From NCBI GenBank assembly GCA_963575745.1, contig CAUYUJ010000001.1, positions 62,001-126,000 of the forward strand: DNA of 64,000 nucleotides. The letters run 5' to 3'. The position numbers and the translations under genes are program-made. Of this stretch, positions 1-10,443 are shown piece by piece. The DNA is from Prorocentrum cordatum. Taxonomy: Eukaryota. Each line of letters starts with the position of its first letter. The first letter of the stretch is position 1. Under the pieces are notes generated by a model. It saw only the letters and a program-made list of their open reading frames with translations, ran no database searches and was not told the origin of the DNA.

Positions 1-112
1 ACCTCCTGGCCACACCCGAGCAGTGGGCGCGGGGGCAGGCCGGTCTTGCTCGCGCCGCCCTCTCGCTCGTCTCCCTTCTCGTCCCCTTCCCTCTCCGATC
101 ACCCCTTTCTCG

Positions 113-332
113 AGCAGTGGCGAAGCGTCCTGGCGTGCCAAGCAATGTTCTCAGAACCCTTTCTGTGGTTTCCACGAAATGTTCTGAGAACATTTCTGGC
201 TGAGACTGTCTTGTTTGAACGCATCGGGCGTATGTTCTAAGAACATTGCTTTTGTTATTAGAACAGCTTGGGGTTCTGAGAAAATTTCGTAGTAGGTTTA
301 TAGGAAGGCCGGGACGGTCGGTCCTTGCTCAA
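113..332. repeat. ~220-bp interspersed repeat with several GTTCTNAGAAC palindromes (inverted copy at 43077-43301)
   Basis: tataggaaggccgggacggtcggtccttgctcaa and agcagtggcgaagcgtcctggc recur as reverse complements at 43077-43301. Confidence 0.75.
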
Positions 333-445
333 TTTTCTCCGTGGTGCAGCACTGTGCCGTGGAGGGTGGAAGAGCACAGAAGCAGCAGAAAAATCCTCCC
401 AGTGGGTGCGGGAAGCGGGCGGGCATCCCCCCGGCTTCCCGAGAG

Positions 446-544
446 GCGCTGCGGTACTCGATGCGGCGGAAGACGTTCGGAAAGCCGCTCTCCGAGCACC
501 AAATGATCCGATGGAAGTTGGCCGAGATGTTGCGGCAGGTCGAG
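446..544 (+). CDS. Acyl-CoA dehydrogenase (host gene), internal exon A
   Basis: Translates ALRYSMRRKTFGKPLSEHQMIRWKLAEMLRQVE, matching the ACAD C-terminal motif Y...R..FG..(I/L)...Q.I...LA.M. AG acceptor at 444-445 (an alternative AG lies at 442-443); GAG|GC donor at 545. Confidence 0.9.
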
Positions 545-773
545 GCGCGCTCGCAGGGCACGGTCGGACCGAGGTATAAGATCGAGGTCGCTTCTGGGAG
601 GGTACTCTAATGTGTTTCGTGATTGTTGGATGTTTTTGTGCACCTTTGGGGGGGGGCTCGAATTTTCTTCGGCTTGGCCGGCGGAGGGTCTCGTGTTCTC
701 GGACGGATGTTTTTCTGTCTGTGGTCCGGTTGTGGGAACGAGTGTCGCCGTGAAGGAGGAGCGGGTTTGGCAG

Positions 774-1460
774 GAGGACGAGGAGGAGGAGAAGGGAGGA
801 GGGAGGAGCGTGTTTTTTTGGAGAGGGGGAGGAGGAAGAGGGAGGAGGAGGAGGGAGGAGGAGGGGAGGAGGAGAAGGAGGAGGAGGAGGAGGCGGAGGA
901 GGAGGAGTACGAGGGGGTCCGGCAGAAAAGAGGCCGCGATGGTTTTTTGACCGTCTCTGGGCTCCCAGGGTCCGCCCCCAGTCCAGGGGCCACGAAATAG
1001 CCAGCCCGAGGCGAGAAGTCCGCCTCGGGGAAAGCCGCAAGGTCCAGGACACGTTCTCCCATCATGAGGTCCTCCTCCTCCCTCCACCTCCTCCTCCTCC
1101 TCCTCCTCCTCCTCCGCATCCTCCTCCTTTTGCTCCTCCTCTTCCTCCTCCTCCTCCTGCTCCTCCTCCTCCTCCTCCCTTCTCCCTCCTCCCTCCCCTC
1201 CTCATCCTCCTCCATCTCCTCCTCCTCCTCCTCCTTCTCCTCTTCCTCCCTCCTCCTCCCTCCTGCTCCTCCTCTCCTCCTCCTCCTCCTCCTCCTCCTC
1301 CTCCTCCTCCTCCTCCTCCTCCTCCTCCTCCTCCTCCTCCTCCTCCTCCCTCCTCCTCCTCCCTCCTCCTCCCTCCTCCTCCTCCCTCCTCCTCCTCCTC
1401 CTCCTCCCTCCTCCTCCTCCTCCTTCCTCCTCCTCCCTCCTCCCTCCTCCTCCCTCCTCC
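774..1460. repeat. (GGA)n tract followed by (CCT)n tract (microsatellites)
   Basis: Visible runs at ~774-908 (GGA) and ~1070-1460 (CCT). Confidence 0.95.
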
Positions 1461-1482
1461 TCCGTAGCCATTTTGGCTCAAG
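1461..1482 (+). other. Perfect 22-nt dinoflagellate spliced leader at the 5' end of LINE-A
   Basis: TCCGTAGCCATTTTGGCTCAAG, 22/22 to DCCGTAGCCATTTTGGCTCAAG. Followed by GC rather than a GT donor, so it is not an SL RNA gene. Confidence 0.95.
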
Positions 1483-1792
1483 GCTTTTGGGTGCAGGTAT
1501 CCAGGATACCTGCGAAGCCTCGCGGGACTCGGCGGCCATACGTGCTCGCCCGCGCCGCCCTTGCTGGTGGCGTGCGGGCCGGCCGTGCTGCTGTGCTGTG
1601 GCGTGCGCCGCCCCCAGGGTGGGCGGGCGCACGACGGCGCCGGCGCCCGCAGTGCGCAGGGCGCGGCGCCGGCTGCGCGTGCGCGAGCCCGCCTGGCATA
1701 GGCGCGCTCGCGAGCGGCGCACGCAGTCGCGCACCTTGCTGCGCGTCGCCGCGGCAGCGGCGAGGTTGCGCGTGCACCACAGCAGCGGGATC

Positions 1793-3562
1793 ATGTCTGG
1801 CCGTGCTGGAGGTTATGGCAGCAAGGGCGGCGGCCAGGGCCGCAAGGGCGGCGGCAAGGGCAGCGCGGGCAGCGGCCACAGCGGGCAGAGTGGCAGCACT
1901 CCACCGTGGGCTGTGCCGCCGCCGCCACCAGGATGGTGGTGCCCGACGTGCGGAGGCCTCAATGGCCCGTCGGACCTGCTCTGCCGCACGTGCATGCCCC
2001 CGCCCGCCTGCGGGCCGCAGCACGGCGCAGCGGACCGCGGCAGCGAGGCTGGCGATCGACACGGCCAGCCGCGCGACCGCCACCGCCGTGCCTCCGGCTC
2101 GCGCCGCCGCAGGCGATCCAGCCAGACCAGGTCGACCTCCCGCGTGCGCTTCGCGGAGGACGAGGACGACGACGGCGAGGCCAATGAGGGCGGCCACTCC
2201 TCGGACGGCGGCGACGACGTGCTGCGCAGCCCGGCATTGGGCATTTTGCCCGCCCTGCCAGAGGCTGCCAAGGCTCACCCCGCCTGGGTCGAGCCGCCGA
2301 GTGAGGAGCGTGAGCTTGGAGCTCACCGCCGCTCGCTGCGCCAGATGGCCGCCGCCACAGGCAAACGCCTCCAGGCTGCGAAGGACTTAGGCATGTCGGC
2401 CGAGCAGATGCGCCCGCAGGAAGAGGAGTATGCCGTGCAGCTCTGTATGATCATTATCGCTCGGCCTTCTGGCGTGAGATGTGACAAGCAACGGTCATAT
2501 GTCCAGAGAGCGCAGCAGAAGCTGGAGAAAGCTCAGGATGCCGCCGCCGCAGCTCGTGCCGCCCTGGAGGACGCCGACGCCAAGGTCCAGCAGAGGTCGG
2601 CCGCCGTGGAGAGGGCCAGGACGCTGCTGGAACAGCTGGAGGCCATGCGCCCGCCTCCTGCTGCTGCTCATGAGGCAGCCGACGGAGACGTACCCATGGG
2701 CGGGGTGCCTAGCACACCGCCAGCGATGCCAGGCACCCCGCCCGACACAGCCCCGCCGATCGCCGCGCTCGCGGCGCTGCAGGCTGGGCAGCTGGAGCTG
2801 GGACAGGCGCTCGTGGGGCCCACGGGCTTGCTCGCGACGGTCCAGACGGAGTTGGCGGCGATGCGGGCCCAGGGCACTGCGGCATCGCATGCGGCCGCGC
2901 CAGAGGTTCGCCCGTTCGCTGGGCCACCGCAGCGCCTTGGGCCGGATGCGACACCCGCTGGAGAGCCTGCAGCGCCTGCGGCTGCGCATACGGCGGCGCC
3001 GCCGCCCGCGGCACCTGCAGCAGCCCCTGCTGCCGCCCCTGCGGCGGCCACCGCAGCCGCCCCCCCGGGTGCAGCCGCCGCCGCTGGCCCTGGGCAGGGC
3101 CCGCCAGCCGCCGCCGCCGACGGGGTGCATCCCGCGCAGCGCGGGCGCCAGGCCGCAGGCGTGCGCCCGAGGGCGCGCGGGGCAGAGGTCGTGGAGGCGG
3201 CGACAGATGCAGCTGATGCCGACGAAGAAGAAGAAGGATGGAAGAAGGTGGATGCAAAGAAGACTCGTGACGCCGAGGCGCGGAGGGCCCGTCGTGATGC
3301 CGAGCGCGCACGCCGACCGACTGGTCAACAAGGGCTTCGCGAGGCCATCGCGAGGCAAGAGGGAGTCGAGAGCCATCGTGGACGAGGCGCGATCCCTCCA
3401 GCTCCAGCAGGTCGCGCCGAGCTCGCCCACGAAGCTGGAGCTCCTGGTGCCGCCGCCGCTGCAGAACGCCGCCAGCGTCACAGTCGCAGCCACAGCCCTC
3501 GGCACACGCGTGCTGGTGGGGCCAAGGGATCAGATTCATCGGACCTGTCGGAGCTGGGGTGA
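1793..3562 (+). CDS. LINE-A ORF1 (gag-like): RanBP2-type zinc finger, coiled coil, Ala/Pro-rich and basic regions
   Basis: First ATG after the SL in this frame is at 1793 (MSGRAGG...). Contains WWCPTCGGLNGPSDLLCRTC and an E/Q/A-rich heptad region. Stop TGA 3560-3562. Confidence 0.8.
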   Translation: MSGRAGGYGSKGGGQGRKGGGKGSAGSGHSGQSGSTPPWAVPPPPPGWWCPTCGGLNGPSDLLCRTCMPPPACGPQHGAADRGSEAGDRHGQPRDRHRRASGSRRRRRSSQTRSTSRVRFAEDEDDDGEANEGGHSSDGGDDVLRSPALGILPALPEAAKAHPAWVEPPSEERELGAHRRSLRQMAAATGKRLQAAKDLGMSAEQMRPQEEEYAVQLCMIIIARPSGVRCDKQRSYVQRAQQKLEKAQDAAAAARAALEDADAKVQQRSAAVERARTLLEQLEAMRPPPAAAHEAADGDVPMGGVPSTPPAMPGTPPDTAPPIAALAALQAGQLELGQALVGPTGLLATVQTELAAMRAQGTAASHAAAPEVRPFAGPPQRLGPDATPAGEPAAPAAAHTAAPPPAAPAAAPAAAPAAATAAAPPGAAAAAGPGQGPPAAAADGVHPAQRGRQAAGVRPRARGAEVVEAATDAADADEEEEGWKKVDAKKTRDAEARRARRDAERARRPTGQQGLREAIARQEGVESHRGRGAIPPAPAGRAELAHEAGAPGAAAAAERRQRHSRSHSPRHTRAGGAKGSDSSDLSELG

Positions 3563-6500
3563 TGCGACATGACGGGCAGGCTTCGGGGAGTGAGGTGCTT
3601 GAGCCGCCAGTGCTGCCATCATCTCACAGCCTGCCCGCTGCTGGCCAACGGCCAGCCACGTCGCCTCGTCCCCACGCTCGGATGGAGTCCGAGCCTGGGC
3701 AGCCCCGATGCCCGATTCCCGACTGCAGTGAGCTTGTCAGGCAACTACGTCAGCCTTGGCAATCTAGTGCTTCTCTCTCCCCCGCCTTTCTCGGGCAGTG
3801 CCAGACGGCCGATCACTGTCTATTTCACCCATACCTTCACAGTAGTACGATTTCTTTTTTTGATACCCACGGAGCCTCCCCCCCCTCAGAGGATGAGCAG
3901 GTAGGTTGGGTCGAAATCCATACCGATGGGTCTGGAGGGTCTCGCCAACAATCCTTGGGAGAGCCACCGTCTTGGGCATGGTGTGTATTTACAGTTACTA
4001 CCTCGGGACGATATGTTTGCGAAGGTTACCTGTGTGGGATTGATCCTGATCTATCCAATTCCGTTGCCAGCCCCTCGGGTGCCGCTGAGTTTCAAGCAGG
4101 CCTGTGGCTGGTGCTATGGTTATTGCAAGCTGACGTTAGATTTTGCCAGTATCCCATTGTGGTGTACACAGACGACCAGCTTGTGGTGTCGACGGCGGCA
4201 GGTGGGACCCAGTATGCGTCATGTGGGGACTTTACGTGGCTTTTCGACGGTGCCTTGAAGTTGCTACGGCAGTATACGACGCTCACTTGGAATCACATCC
4301 TGGGACACAACGCCCACCCGTTAAATGAGCTTGCAGATACCATTGCACGGCTTGCCTCTATGGGCCTATTGCCGACTGTAGATGCAGACTTTCAACCGTG
4401 GTCAGTATTGCTTGCTGCCGCCGACCATGTACCTTGGTTATGGATTACTGCCAGCGCCAACGTCGGCTCAGGGGTATACCCGAATGTTGGTGCATGTGAA
4501 ATGCCGCGTCTCGCCCCTCCCCGTCTGGACCTTCAGACTGCTTTCTCGCCGCCTGCTGGACGCAGCCCGATTGACACGAGGGTGCCTCGTGATTCCTGTC
4601 CCTCAGGCGTGCTGTCCCTGCCTCAGGTACGATTCGCCGTGGCTAATGTGCTTACGTTACGGCCCCGCAGGAAGGCATCAAAGGGAAAAGGCGACAGCAG
4701 GATCAGATGCCGCAGCCAAGACGCGGCCGGACTCAACATGCCTGGCAGAATGCTCGCTCTTGCACATCAGTTCTCGTCTCGCCAGTTGCATCTTGTCGGC
4801 ACTCTTGAGACACGGCTATGCAGGAATGGTTGGACACCAGCAGGGGATTATGCCGTCATCACTGCCGCTGCCGAGGATCGAGGGAAGTTTGGAGTGGCCT
4901 TGTGGGTTAACATGCAGCATGAGTACGATGGTAGACACACTTTGGCGCGCCGTCATGTACGTGTGCTCAGTTTCTCGTCACGCCATCTGCTAGTTGCCAT
5001 TCGTGCACCTGGTCTCTGCATTGACGTGTTGGTTGGACATGCCCCTCACTCCCGTCGGCCACCAGACGAGATTCGAGGATGGTGGGATCAGGTTGCGTCA
5101 GTGCTCTCTGCTCGGGTTCAGCCAGCGCCGTTGCATTGCCTGCTTGATGCGAATGCCACGGTGGGCTCACAAGTATCAGACTCAGTGGGTGATGTGGCGC
5201 CCGAGGTTGAAAACTTCAATGGAGTGTGCTTCCATAAGTTTCTTCGGGATACCGAGCAGTGTGCAGTATCTACGTTTTTGCCGTCGTACTCTGGGGTACA
5301 CGGCACATGGTTACCGCCTGGGGCCCAGGGTCAAGCACCTAGACGTCGCATCGATCACATTACCACCCCCATCGGACAAATCAACAGCGTGGTGCATCAG
5401 GGTGTCGATGTCGATCTCGATCTGTCACTACGTCGGGACGATCACTTCGTGGTCACAGCTTACATGCGTATGCGCCATGCCGATCGGTACGAACCTGCCT
5501 TGCTATGGCCACGGTCTCGGCACGACACATCGAAGTATGACGACCCTGCCTGTCAGCAGGCCTTTGCACAGGCCCTACAGATGGTACCCCAACCCCCCTT
5601 CTCCATGCATCCGGACGACCATGCAGCACATTTGAATACGGCCTTGCTTGCGGCGGCTGAGTTAGCCTTCCCGCCTAAAGCGTCATTGTCCGGCCGCACG
5701 CCACAACATAGCTGGCTCTCCCAGGGCTCTCTAGACCTCATGGATCAGCGCACGCATGGCCGTCGTGCACTACGATACCTAAGGTCCAGTTTGTCGCGAC
5801 TGCTGCTTGCTACTGCCTTTGTGGCCTGGGCCTCTGACGGGGCCTCTGCGGGAGAATGGTTCTGTCACAGGATACACTGCAGGAGGTTCTCATATCGCGA
5901 CGGGCCCTCCCACCTACCTCTACTACAGTGCTGCCGTCGGATTGCGCAGGCGACCGACAGCGTACTGGATGCGACGAAGGCTTTCATGGTCCCACTACAG
6001 TCGCCCAGCGGGAAAATCAGCCTACCCCCGTTTACGACCGACCATGTCGTCGGTTTGCGCTACGTTGGGCGTCTCCCCACGTTGCACGAGCTGGCTGAGG
6101 CCCCCAGGGACCTACGGTATGACCTGGACATGATGTTGCGGTTCTACCTGGCGTGGTCTGGAGTTTTTTGGGCACTCAATCTGGTCTTTCTTCGGGGGGC
6201 CGCGTGCGTCATACAGACATCCACGGGACTCGACTCGGCTTGGCACTGTGCCAACATCGCCAAAGGGGTGCGCACAGCTTGGGACCGACGTCAGTTTGCC
6301 GAGGCATATGCCGCGCTGCGTCGGATCGGTGCAGGATCTAAGAGACGTCGATTCGAGCGAGTCCTTCCTGCTTTACAAGATCTTGCAGGTCAATCGATCG
6401 ACTCGGAACGACAGGTTGCACAGCGTTGGCAGCAGCACTTCGCAGGACTCGAGCATGCAGCTACGTTGCCCGTCACAGACGTGCCTACGTTCGCAGGACA

Positions 6501-9500
6501 CTTTGGGCGTACCCCCTATGCGCGCATGTCTGCCGAGCCCGTCAGCTTGTCAGCTATTCCCACCCTCGCCGAGTTCCAGTTCTCGTGCCGACAGGCGCGA
6601 CGGTCCGCCCCAGGATGCGATGGCATTGCAGGCGGCCTCTTGAAGGCCCACCCGACATTGATCGCCGAATACTACTACCCACTACAACTCAAGTTTGCTC
6701 TTACACTGGTAGAGCCGATTCAATGGAAAGGTGGATTTTATCGGGACCTTATCAAGTCTGGGCAAGCCGACCCGACGAAGTGCTCCAGTTCCAGGTCCAT
6801 TTTGGTCTCGTCACAACTTGGCAAGGCGTCTCGCAGATGCCTTCGGTCCCGACTACTACCATTTTTGGCCTCTGAGGCCGGGGAAACACAGTTCGGTGGG
6901 TTGCCAGGCCGAGGGACCACACATGCGTCTTTGGTGTTGCGAGTTGCACAGTCACTGGCCAAGATCAGACGGCAATCATTTGGTGCTCTCTTTCTGGACG
7001 TCGTACAGGCCTTCTACAGGGCCATTCGTGAACTCGTGGTGCGTGCCCATCGCGATTCCGACCTCGACGACATATCGGTTGCCGCCATTGTTCGTGCAGC
7101 AGGCTTGCCGCCCTCCGCCATGCAGCAGCTAACCGACCGACTCCGACAGAGAGCTGCGGCTCTCACCCGATCCAACGTCGACCCTCACACCGTCGCCCAG
7201 GTCGAGCAGTGCTATCAGGCACCCTGGTTCGTGTGTGAAGGATCAGGACAGGTTTCGCTCCCTCAACGCTCCTTTTTCCCCGGTCAACCTCTCGCTGATG
7301 TGCTCTTCGAGATACAGATGGCCGAGAGTATGCAGGAGGTGCGTGAGAAGCTTCTGACCGCTGGCTATCCCTATATGCTCCCGATGGCCACCCAGAGATC
7401 CCTCACAGCACTCAACGCCGAGGACCCCGATGACAGGCCCCCCGCAGAGATCCCTTTGGTCGATATCTCATATGCAGACGACGGCACCGTGATCCTCATC
7501 ATGCCCGCTGACCAGATTTACGGGGCCCTGTCCAGTTGCCTGGTCATTGTCTCAGACGCGTTTGCACGGTGTGGACACATTTTGAACCTCGGACCCTCCA
7601 AAACTGCAGCACTCATTATGTGGCGCGGACACGGTACCAAGCGTGCGCGGCATGCGGCATGGCACGAGCATGACGGACACATTTGTGGCGTATCGGACGT
7701 ACTTGGACCGCTTCGTGCGCCGATCGTACATAATTATGTGCATCTGGGCTCCGTATTCGATGCAGGCACTGCTATGGCCCCCGAGATTCGATACCGTGCG
7801 GCTACCACTGTCTCATCACTACAGGTACTTCGTCGCCGCGTTTTTGCAACGGACGAACTAGACCTCGCCCATAGGCTCGTGCTCGCAGACAGTCTAGTGC
7901 TATCCGGACGACTATACAACGCTGGCGCGTGGCCCGTACTGTCAGACGCCGAAGCTAAGCTGGCCCACGGTGAGACTATGAAGGTATATCGCGCAGCTGC
8001 CCGTGTTCGGTATTGCGAGGACGCGTCTCAGGTGTCCGACGCTCTGGTGCTTGCTAGGTTACGCAGGCCGGCCCCTGCTATCCTACTACGTGCAGCACGA
8101 CTCCGGCTATTGGGTTCACTTTTTCATACAGGACCCCTGCTGGCCTTTTCGGTTGTGGCAGCTGAGTGGCATGCAGCCGCCACCGACATGAAACGACGGC
8201 GCACGACCCTTGGACAATGGTTGCAGGATCTTGAGTGGTTGCGCCTTGCCACTAGACAATGTCAGGATTTACCCCCGCCCAAGGAGGACCTACAACCGTG
8301 GGAGGACCTCATGCGACGCAGCCTACCCGCCTGGAAGCGCATCATTCGCATCGGAGTGCATGCATATACACAGTACACGACGCGCAACACACTTGCAGCA
8401 CACATGGAGTCCCAGTTCTTTGATGAAGTACGCCCTGCGGGAGTGCCCCCTCGGGTATACACCGATGAACGTGGATGTATTATACAGCAGCCGCCGCCTG
8501 CCCCAGCACAGAGTATGGACTGCCCTTGGTGTGGGCAGTCTTTTGCCCGGCATCGGGCGCTACGCACACACGTGGCTCGCGTACATAGGCAACTAACTAC
8601 ACTTGCACGTGGCTATGCCAACCCGTCAGGGGTATGTCAAACATGTCTGCTCAGGTACAATGCACGGCCACATCTAGTGGATCATCTGTCGATCGATTCG
8701 CCTCGCTGCTTGCTGGCTGCTGTGCTGACTATGGTCAATCCAGCCTACCACCTACAGCTACCTGCCCAACCGATACTACCACGTGGACATACCACCAACG
8801 TACATATCCCTCGTCGCCACGTTGTCGTACCCACAGTTCGGACGCCGGGCCCCATCACCAAGATTGCGTTCGACCTTGCCGCGTTGGTGCCTCAGGAAGA
8901 TGCCCGCCGAGCCCTTTTGGAAAGTGACCCGTATCTCACTCCAGAGGCTTGTGCCGCACTCCTGCCACCACCACGGCCCGCTGCGGCCGAAGGAGATGCC
9001 TCTGAGCCAGGCCAACCACCACCGGTCTACCACGAGCGCTACCCGACGCGAATGTTCTTGACCGAGCAGTTTACCGACATTGCTGCTCAGGATTTGCCCA
9101 TTGCTATCCGACGGTCGGAATATTTCGTGCTTAACCTGCACTGTGGCCGACGACGGCCTGGTGACATCCAGGCCTGCCTCGAATGGACCGAGTATCATAC
9201 CGACTTCACCATTTCGGTTTTATCTATCGATATAGCGATCGACCCAGTACTAGGTAACATGATGCGACGCGAAACGCTGGAGGTATGGAAGGAGCATATA
9301 CGAGCCAGGCGAGTTGTCTTGTCAGGCGGCGGGCCACCCTGTGAGACGTGGTCAGCTATCCGTTGGTCCCCTGATGCAGGCCCTCCCCCCCTACGGTCCT
9401 ATGCCGATTTCTGGGGTTTGCAGGCCGTCACTCCCCGACAAATGGAGCAGTTACGTGTTGGTAACGAACTATTAGGGGCGATGATCGAACTGTTCGCCGT

Positions 9501-10443
9501 GCATCTCACCGTCGGTACCTCATGCTGGATGGAACATCCTATGCCTGCGCACTGGCGACCCGACTCCGTCAGTTCATTCTATTGCCCGCCCCTACGGGCT
9601 GTTATGGCATCCCCAGCAGCGTCGGTGACCGACTTCGATCAGTGCGAGCACGGTCAGGTTGCACGTGCACCTACAAGGATACTTGCACTGCGCATGGGCA
9701 CAATGCACGGACGCTTGTGCGAGACACCTGGGCGTGGACGTTGTTCTCACGGACGTGGGGCTCACGAGGTACTAATGGGGTTCGACAGGCGACGTGACGA
9801 GTGGCGTACGGCCAAAAAGAAAACCTACCCTCCGGCCCTATGTCAAGTCCTCGCAGACAGCATAATGGACGCAGTCAATCATATGCGCGTGACGTGTGCA
9901 GAGCATGATTGGCCAGAGGACATGAGGGAGGAGGAGGAGGAGCTCCGTGGGTCGCTTGCAGCTTTTTATGTTTCATGGGACCCGTACGTCGGTACGGACG
10001 AGTCCTGGGCCCCAGATTTTGTGTCGACGCGTGCTAGTCGGACTCGAGCGGATCCCGAGCGACATCGGTTCCTGCCACCTGAGCCGCAGTCGTCCTCTCA
10101 GCCCATGCCTGGAGTTGTTTTTGATCCCGAGGCTGAGGCCCGCCCCCCAGGGCCCATCGAGGCCTCGGAAGAGCAGGAGTACGCAGACGCTTTAGCGTTC
10201 CTCGATGGCACCATACCCCCTCAGCCAGGGGACTCCGAGCCACTGCATGAGCTTACCGCGTCCTCTCTTCCCCCTCCGCTCCCCCCTCAGCCCGTTGAGT
10301 TGACTGATGCGATGCGTGCACGTATTGCGGCTAACCGAGCACAGGCTCGAGAGCGACGCCGTCAACGGCTCGCACAACGCATCGCTCCCTGGACATTCCA
10401 GCCTGGATTCGGAACAGGTATTTTGGACATGCCCCAGGTCTAA
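3562..10443 (+). CDS. LINE-A ORF2 polyprotein: RNase H (~3907-4360), APE endonuclease (~4627-5460), RT (~6600-7760), two C2H2-like zinc fingers (~8520-8690), C5 DNA methyltransferase-like domain (~9120-9865)
   Basis: RNase H: IHTDGS, AAEFQA, YTDD, GHNAHPLNELAD. APE: ANVLTL, LETRL, LDANA, RIDHI, DDH. RT: QFGGLPGRGT, FLDVVQAFY, YADD, YVHLG. ZnF: CPWC...HVARVH. DNMT-like: GGPPCETWS, MEHP, DQC..G, YPPALC. 2293 codons with no stop. Confidence 0.92.
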   Translation: MRHDGQASGSEVLEPPVLPSSHSLPAAGQRPATSPRPHARMESEPGQPRCPIPDCSELVRQLRQPWQSSASLSPAFLGQCQTADHCLFHPYLHSSTISFFDTHGASPPSEDEQVGWVEIHTDGSGGSRQQSLGEPPSWAWCVFTVTTSGRYVCEGYLCGIDPDLSNSVASPSGAAEFQAGLWLVLWLLQADVRFCQYPIVVYTDDQLVVSTAAGGTQYASCGDFTWLFDGALKLLRQYTTLTWNHILGHNAHPLNELADTIARLASMGLLPTVDADFQPWSVLLAAADHVPWLWITASANVGSGVYPNVGACEMPRLAPPRLDLQTAFSPPAGRSPIDTRVPRDSCPSGVLSLPQVRFAVANVLTLRPRRKASKGKGDSRIRCRSQDAAGLNMPGRMLALAHQFSSRQLHLVGTLETRLCRNGWTPAGDYAVITAAAEDRGKFGVALWVNMQHEYDGRHTLARRHVRVLSFSSRHLLVAIRAPGLCIDVLVGHAPHSRRPPDEIRGWWDQVASVLSARVQPAPLHCLLDANATVGSQVSDSVGDVAPEVENFNGVCFHKFLRDTEQCAVSTFLPSYSGVHGTWLPPGAQGQAPRRRIDHITTPIGQINSVVHQGVDVDLDLSLRRDDHFVVTAYMRMRHADRYEPALLWPRSRHDTSKYDDPACQQAFAQALQMVPQPPFSMHPDDHAAHLNTALLAAAELAFPPKASLSGRTPQHSWLSQGSLDLMDQRTHGRRALRYLRSSLSRLLLATAFVAWASDGASAGEWFCHRIHCRRFSYRDGPSHLPLLQCCRRIAQATDSVLDATKAFMVPLQSPSGKISLPPFTTDHVVGLRYVGRLPTLHELAEAPRDLRYDLDMMLRFYLAWSGVFWALNLVFLRGAACVIQTSTGLDSAWHCANIAKGVRTAWDRRQFAEAYAALRRIGAGSKRRRFERVLPALQDLAGQSIDSERQVAQRWQQHFAGLEHAATLPVTDVPTFAGHFGRTPYARMSAEPVSLSAIPTLAEFQFSCRQARRSAPGCDGIAGGLLKAHPTLIAEYYYPLQLKFALTLVEPIQWKGGFYRDLIKSGQADPTKCSSSRSILVSSQLGKASRRCLRSRLLPFLASEAGETQFGGLPGRGTTHASLVLRVAQSLAKIRRQSFGALFLDVVQAFYRAIRELVVRAHRDSDLDDISVAAIVRAAGLPPSAMQQLTDRLRQRAAALTRSNVDPHTVAQVEQCYQAPWFVCEGSGQVSLPQRSFFPGQPLADVLFEIQMAESMQEVREKLLTAGYPYMLPMATQRSLTALNAEDPDDRPPAEIPLVDISYADDGTVILIMPADQIYGALSSCLVIVSDAFARCGHILNLGPSKTAALIMWRGHGTKRARHAAWHEHDGHICGVSDVLGPLRAPIVHNYVHLGSVFDAGTAMAPEIRYRAATTVSSLQVLRRRVFATDELDLAHRLVLADSLVLSGRLYNAGAWPVLSDAEAKLAHGETMKVYRAAARVRYCEDASQVSDALVLARLRRPAPAILLRAARLRLLGSLFHTGPLLAFSVVAAEWHAAATDMKRRRTTLGQWLQDLEWLRLATRQCQDLPPPKEDLQPWEDLMRRSLPAWKRIIRIGVHAYTQYTTRNTLAAHMESQFFDEVRPAGVPPRVYTDERGCIIQQPPPAPAQSMDCPWCGQSFARHRALRTHVARVHRQLTTLARGYANPSGVCQTCLLRYNARPHLVDHLSIDSPRCLLAAVLTMVNPAYHLQLPAQPILPRGHTTNVHIPRRHVVVPTVRTPGPITKIAFDLAALVPQEDARRALLESDPYLTPEACAALLPPPRPAAAEGDASEPGQPPPVYHERYPTRMFLTEQFTDIAAQDLPIAIRRSEYFVLNLHCGRRRPGDIQACLEWTEYHTDFTISVLSIDIAIDPVLGNMMRRETLEVWKEHIRARRVVLSGGGPPCETWSAIRWSPDAGPPPLRSYADFWGLQAVTPRQMEQLRVGNELLGAMIELFAVHLTVGTSCWMEHPMPAHWRPDSVSSFYCPPLRAVMASPAASVTDFDQCEHGQVARAPTRILALRMGTMHGRLCETPGRGRCSHGRGAHEVLMGFDRRRDEWRTAKKKTYPPALCQVLADSIMDAVNHMRVTCAEHDWPEDMREEEEELRGSLAAFYVSWDPYVGTDESWAPDFVSTRASRTRADPERHRFLPPEPQSSSQPMPGVVFDPEAEARPPGPIEASEEQEYADALAFLDGTIPPQPGDSEPLHELTASSLPPPLPPQPVELTDAMRARIAANRAQARERRRQRLAQRIAPWTFQPGFGTGILDMPQV

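Noticed and set aside
1461..1482. SL RNA gene
   Set aside because: No GT donor or SL intron follows and there is no tandem SL-gene context; the same holds for the other four SL matches.
1064..1792. Poly-Leu N-terminal extension of the 832-aa ORF
   Set aside because: It translates the (CCT)n target, the SL and the 5' UTR; the real ORF1 most likely starts at ATG 1793.
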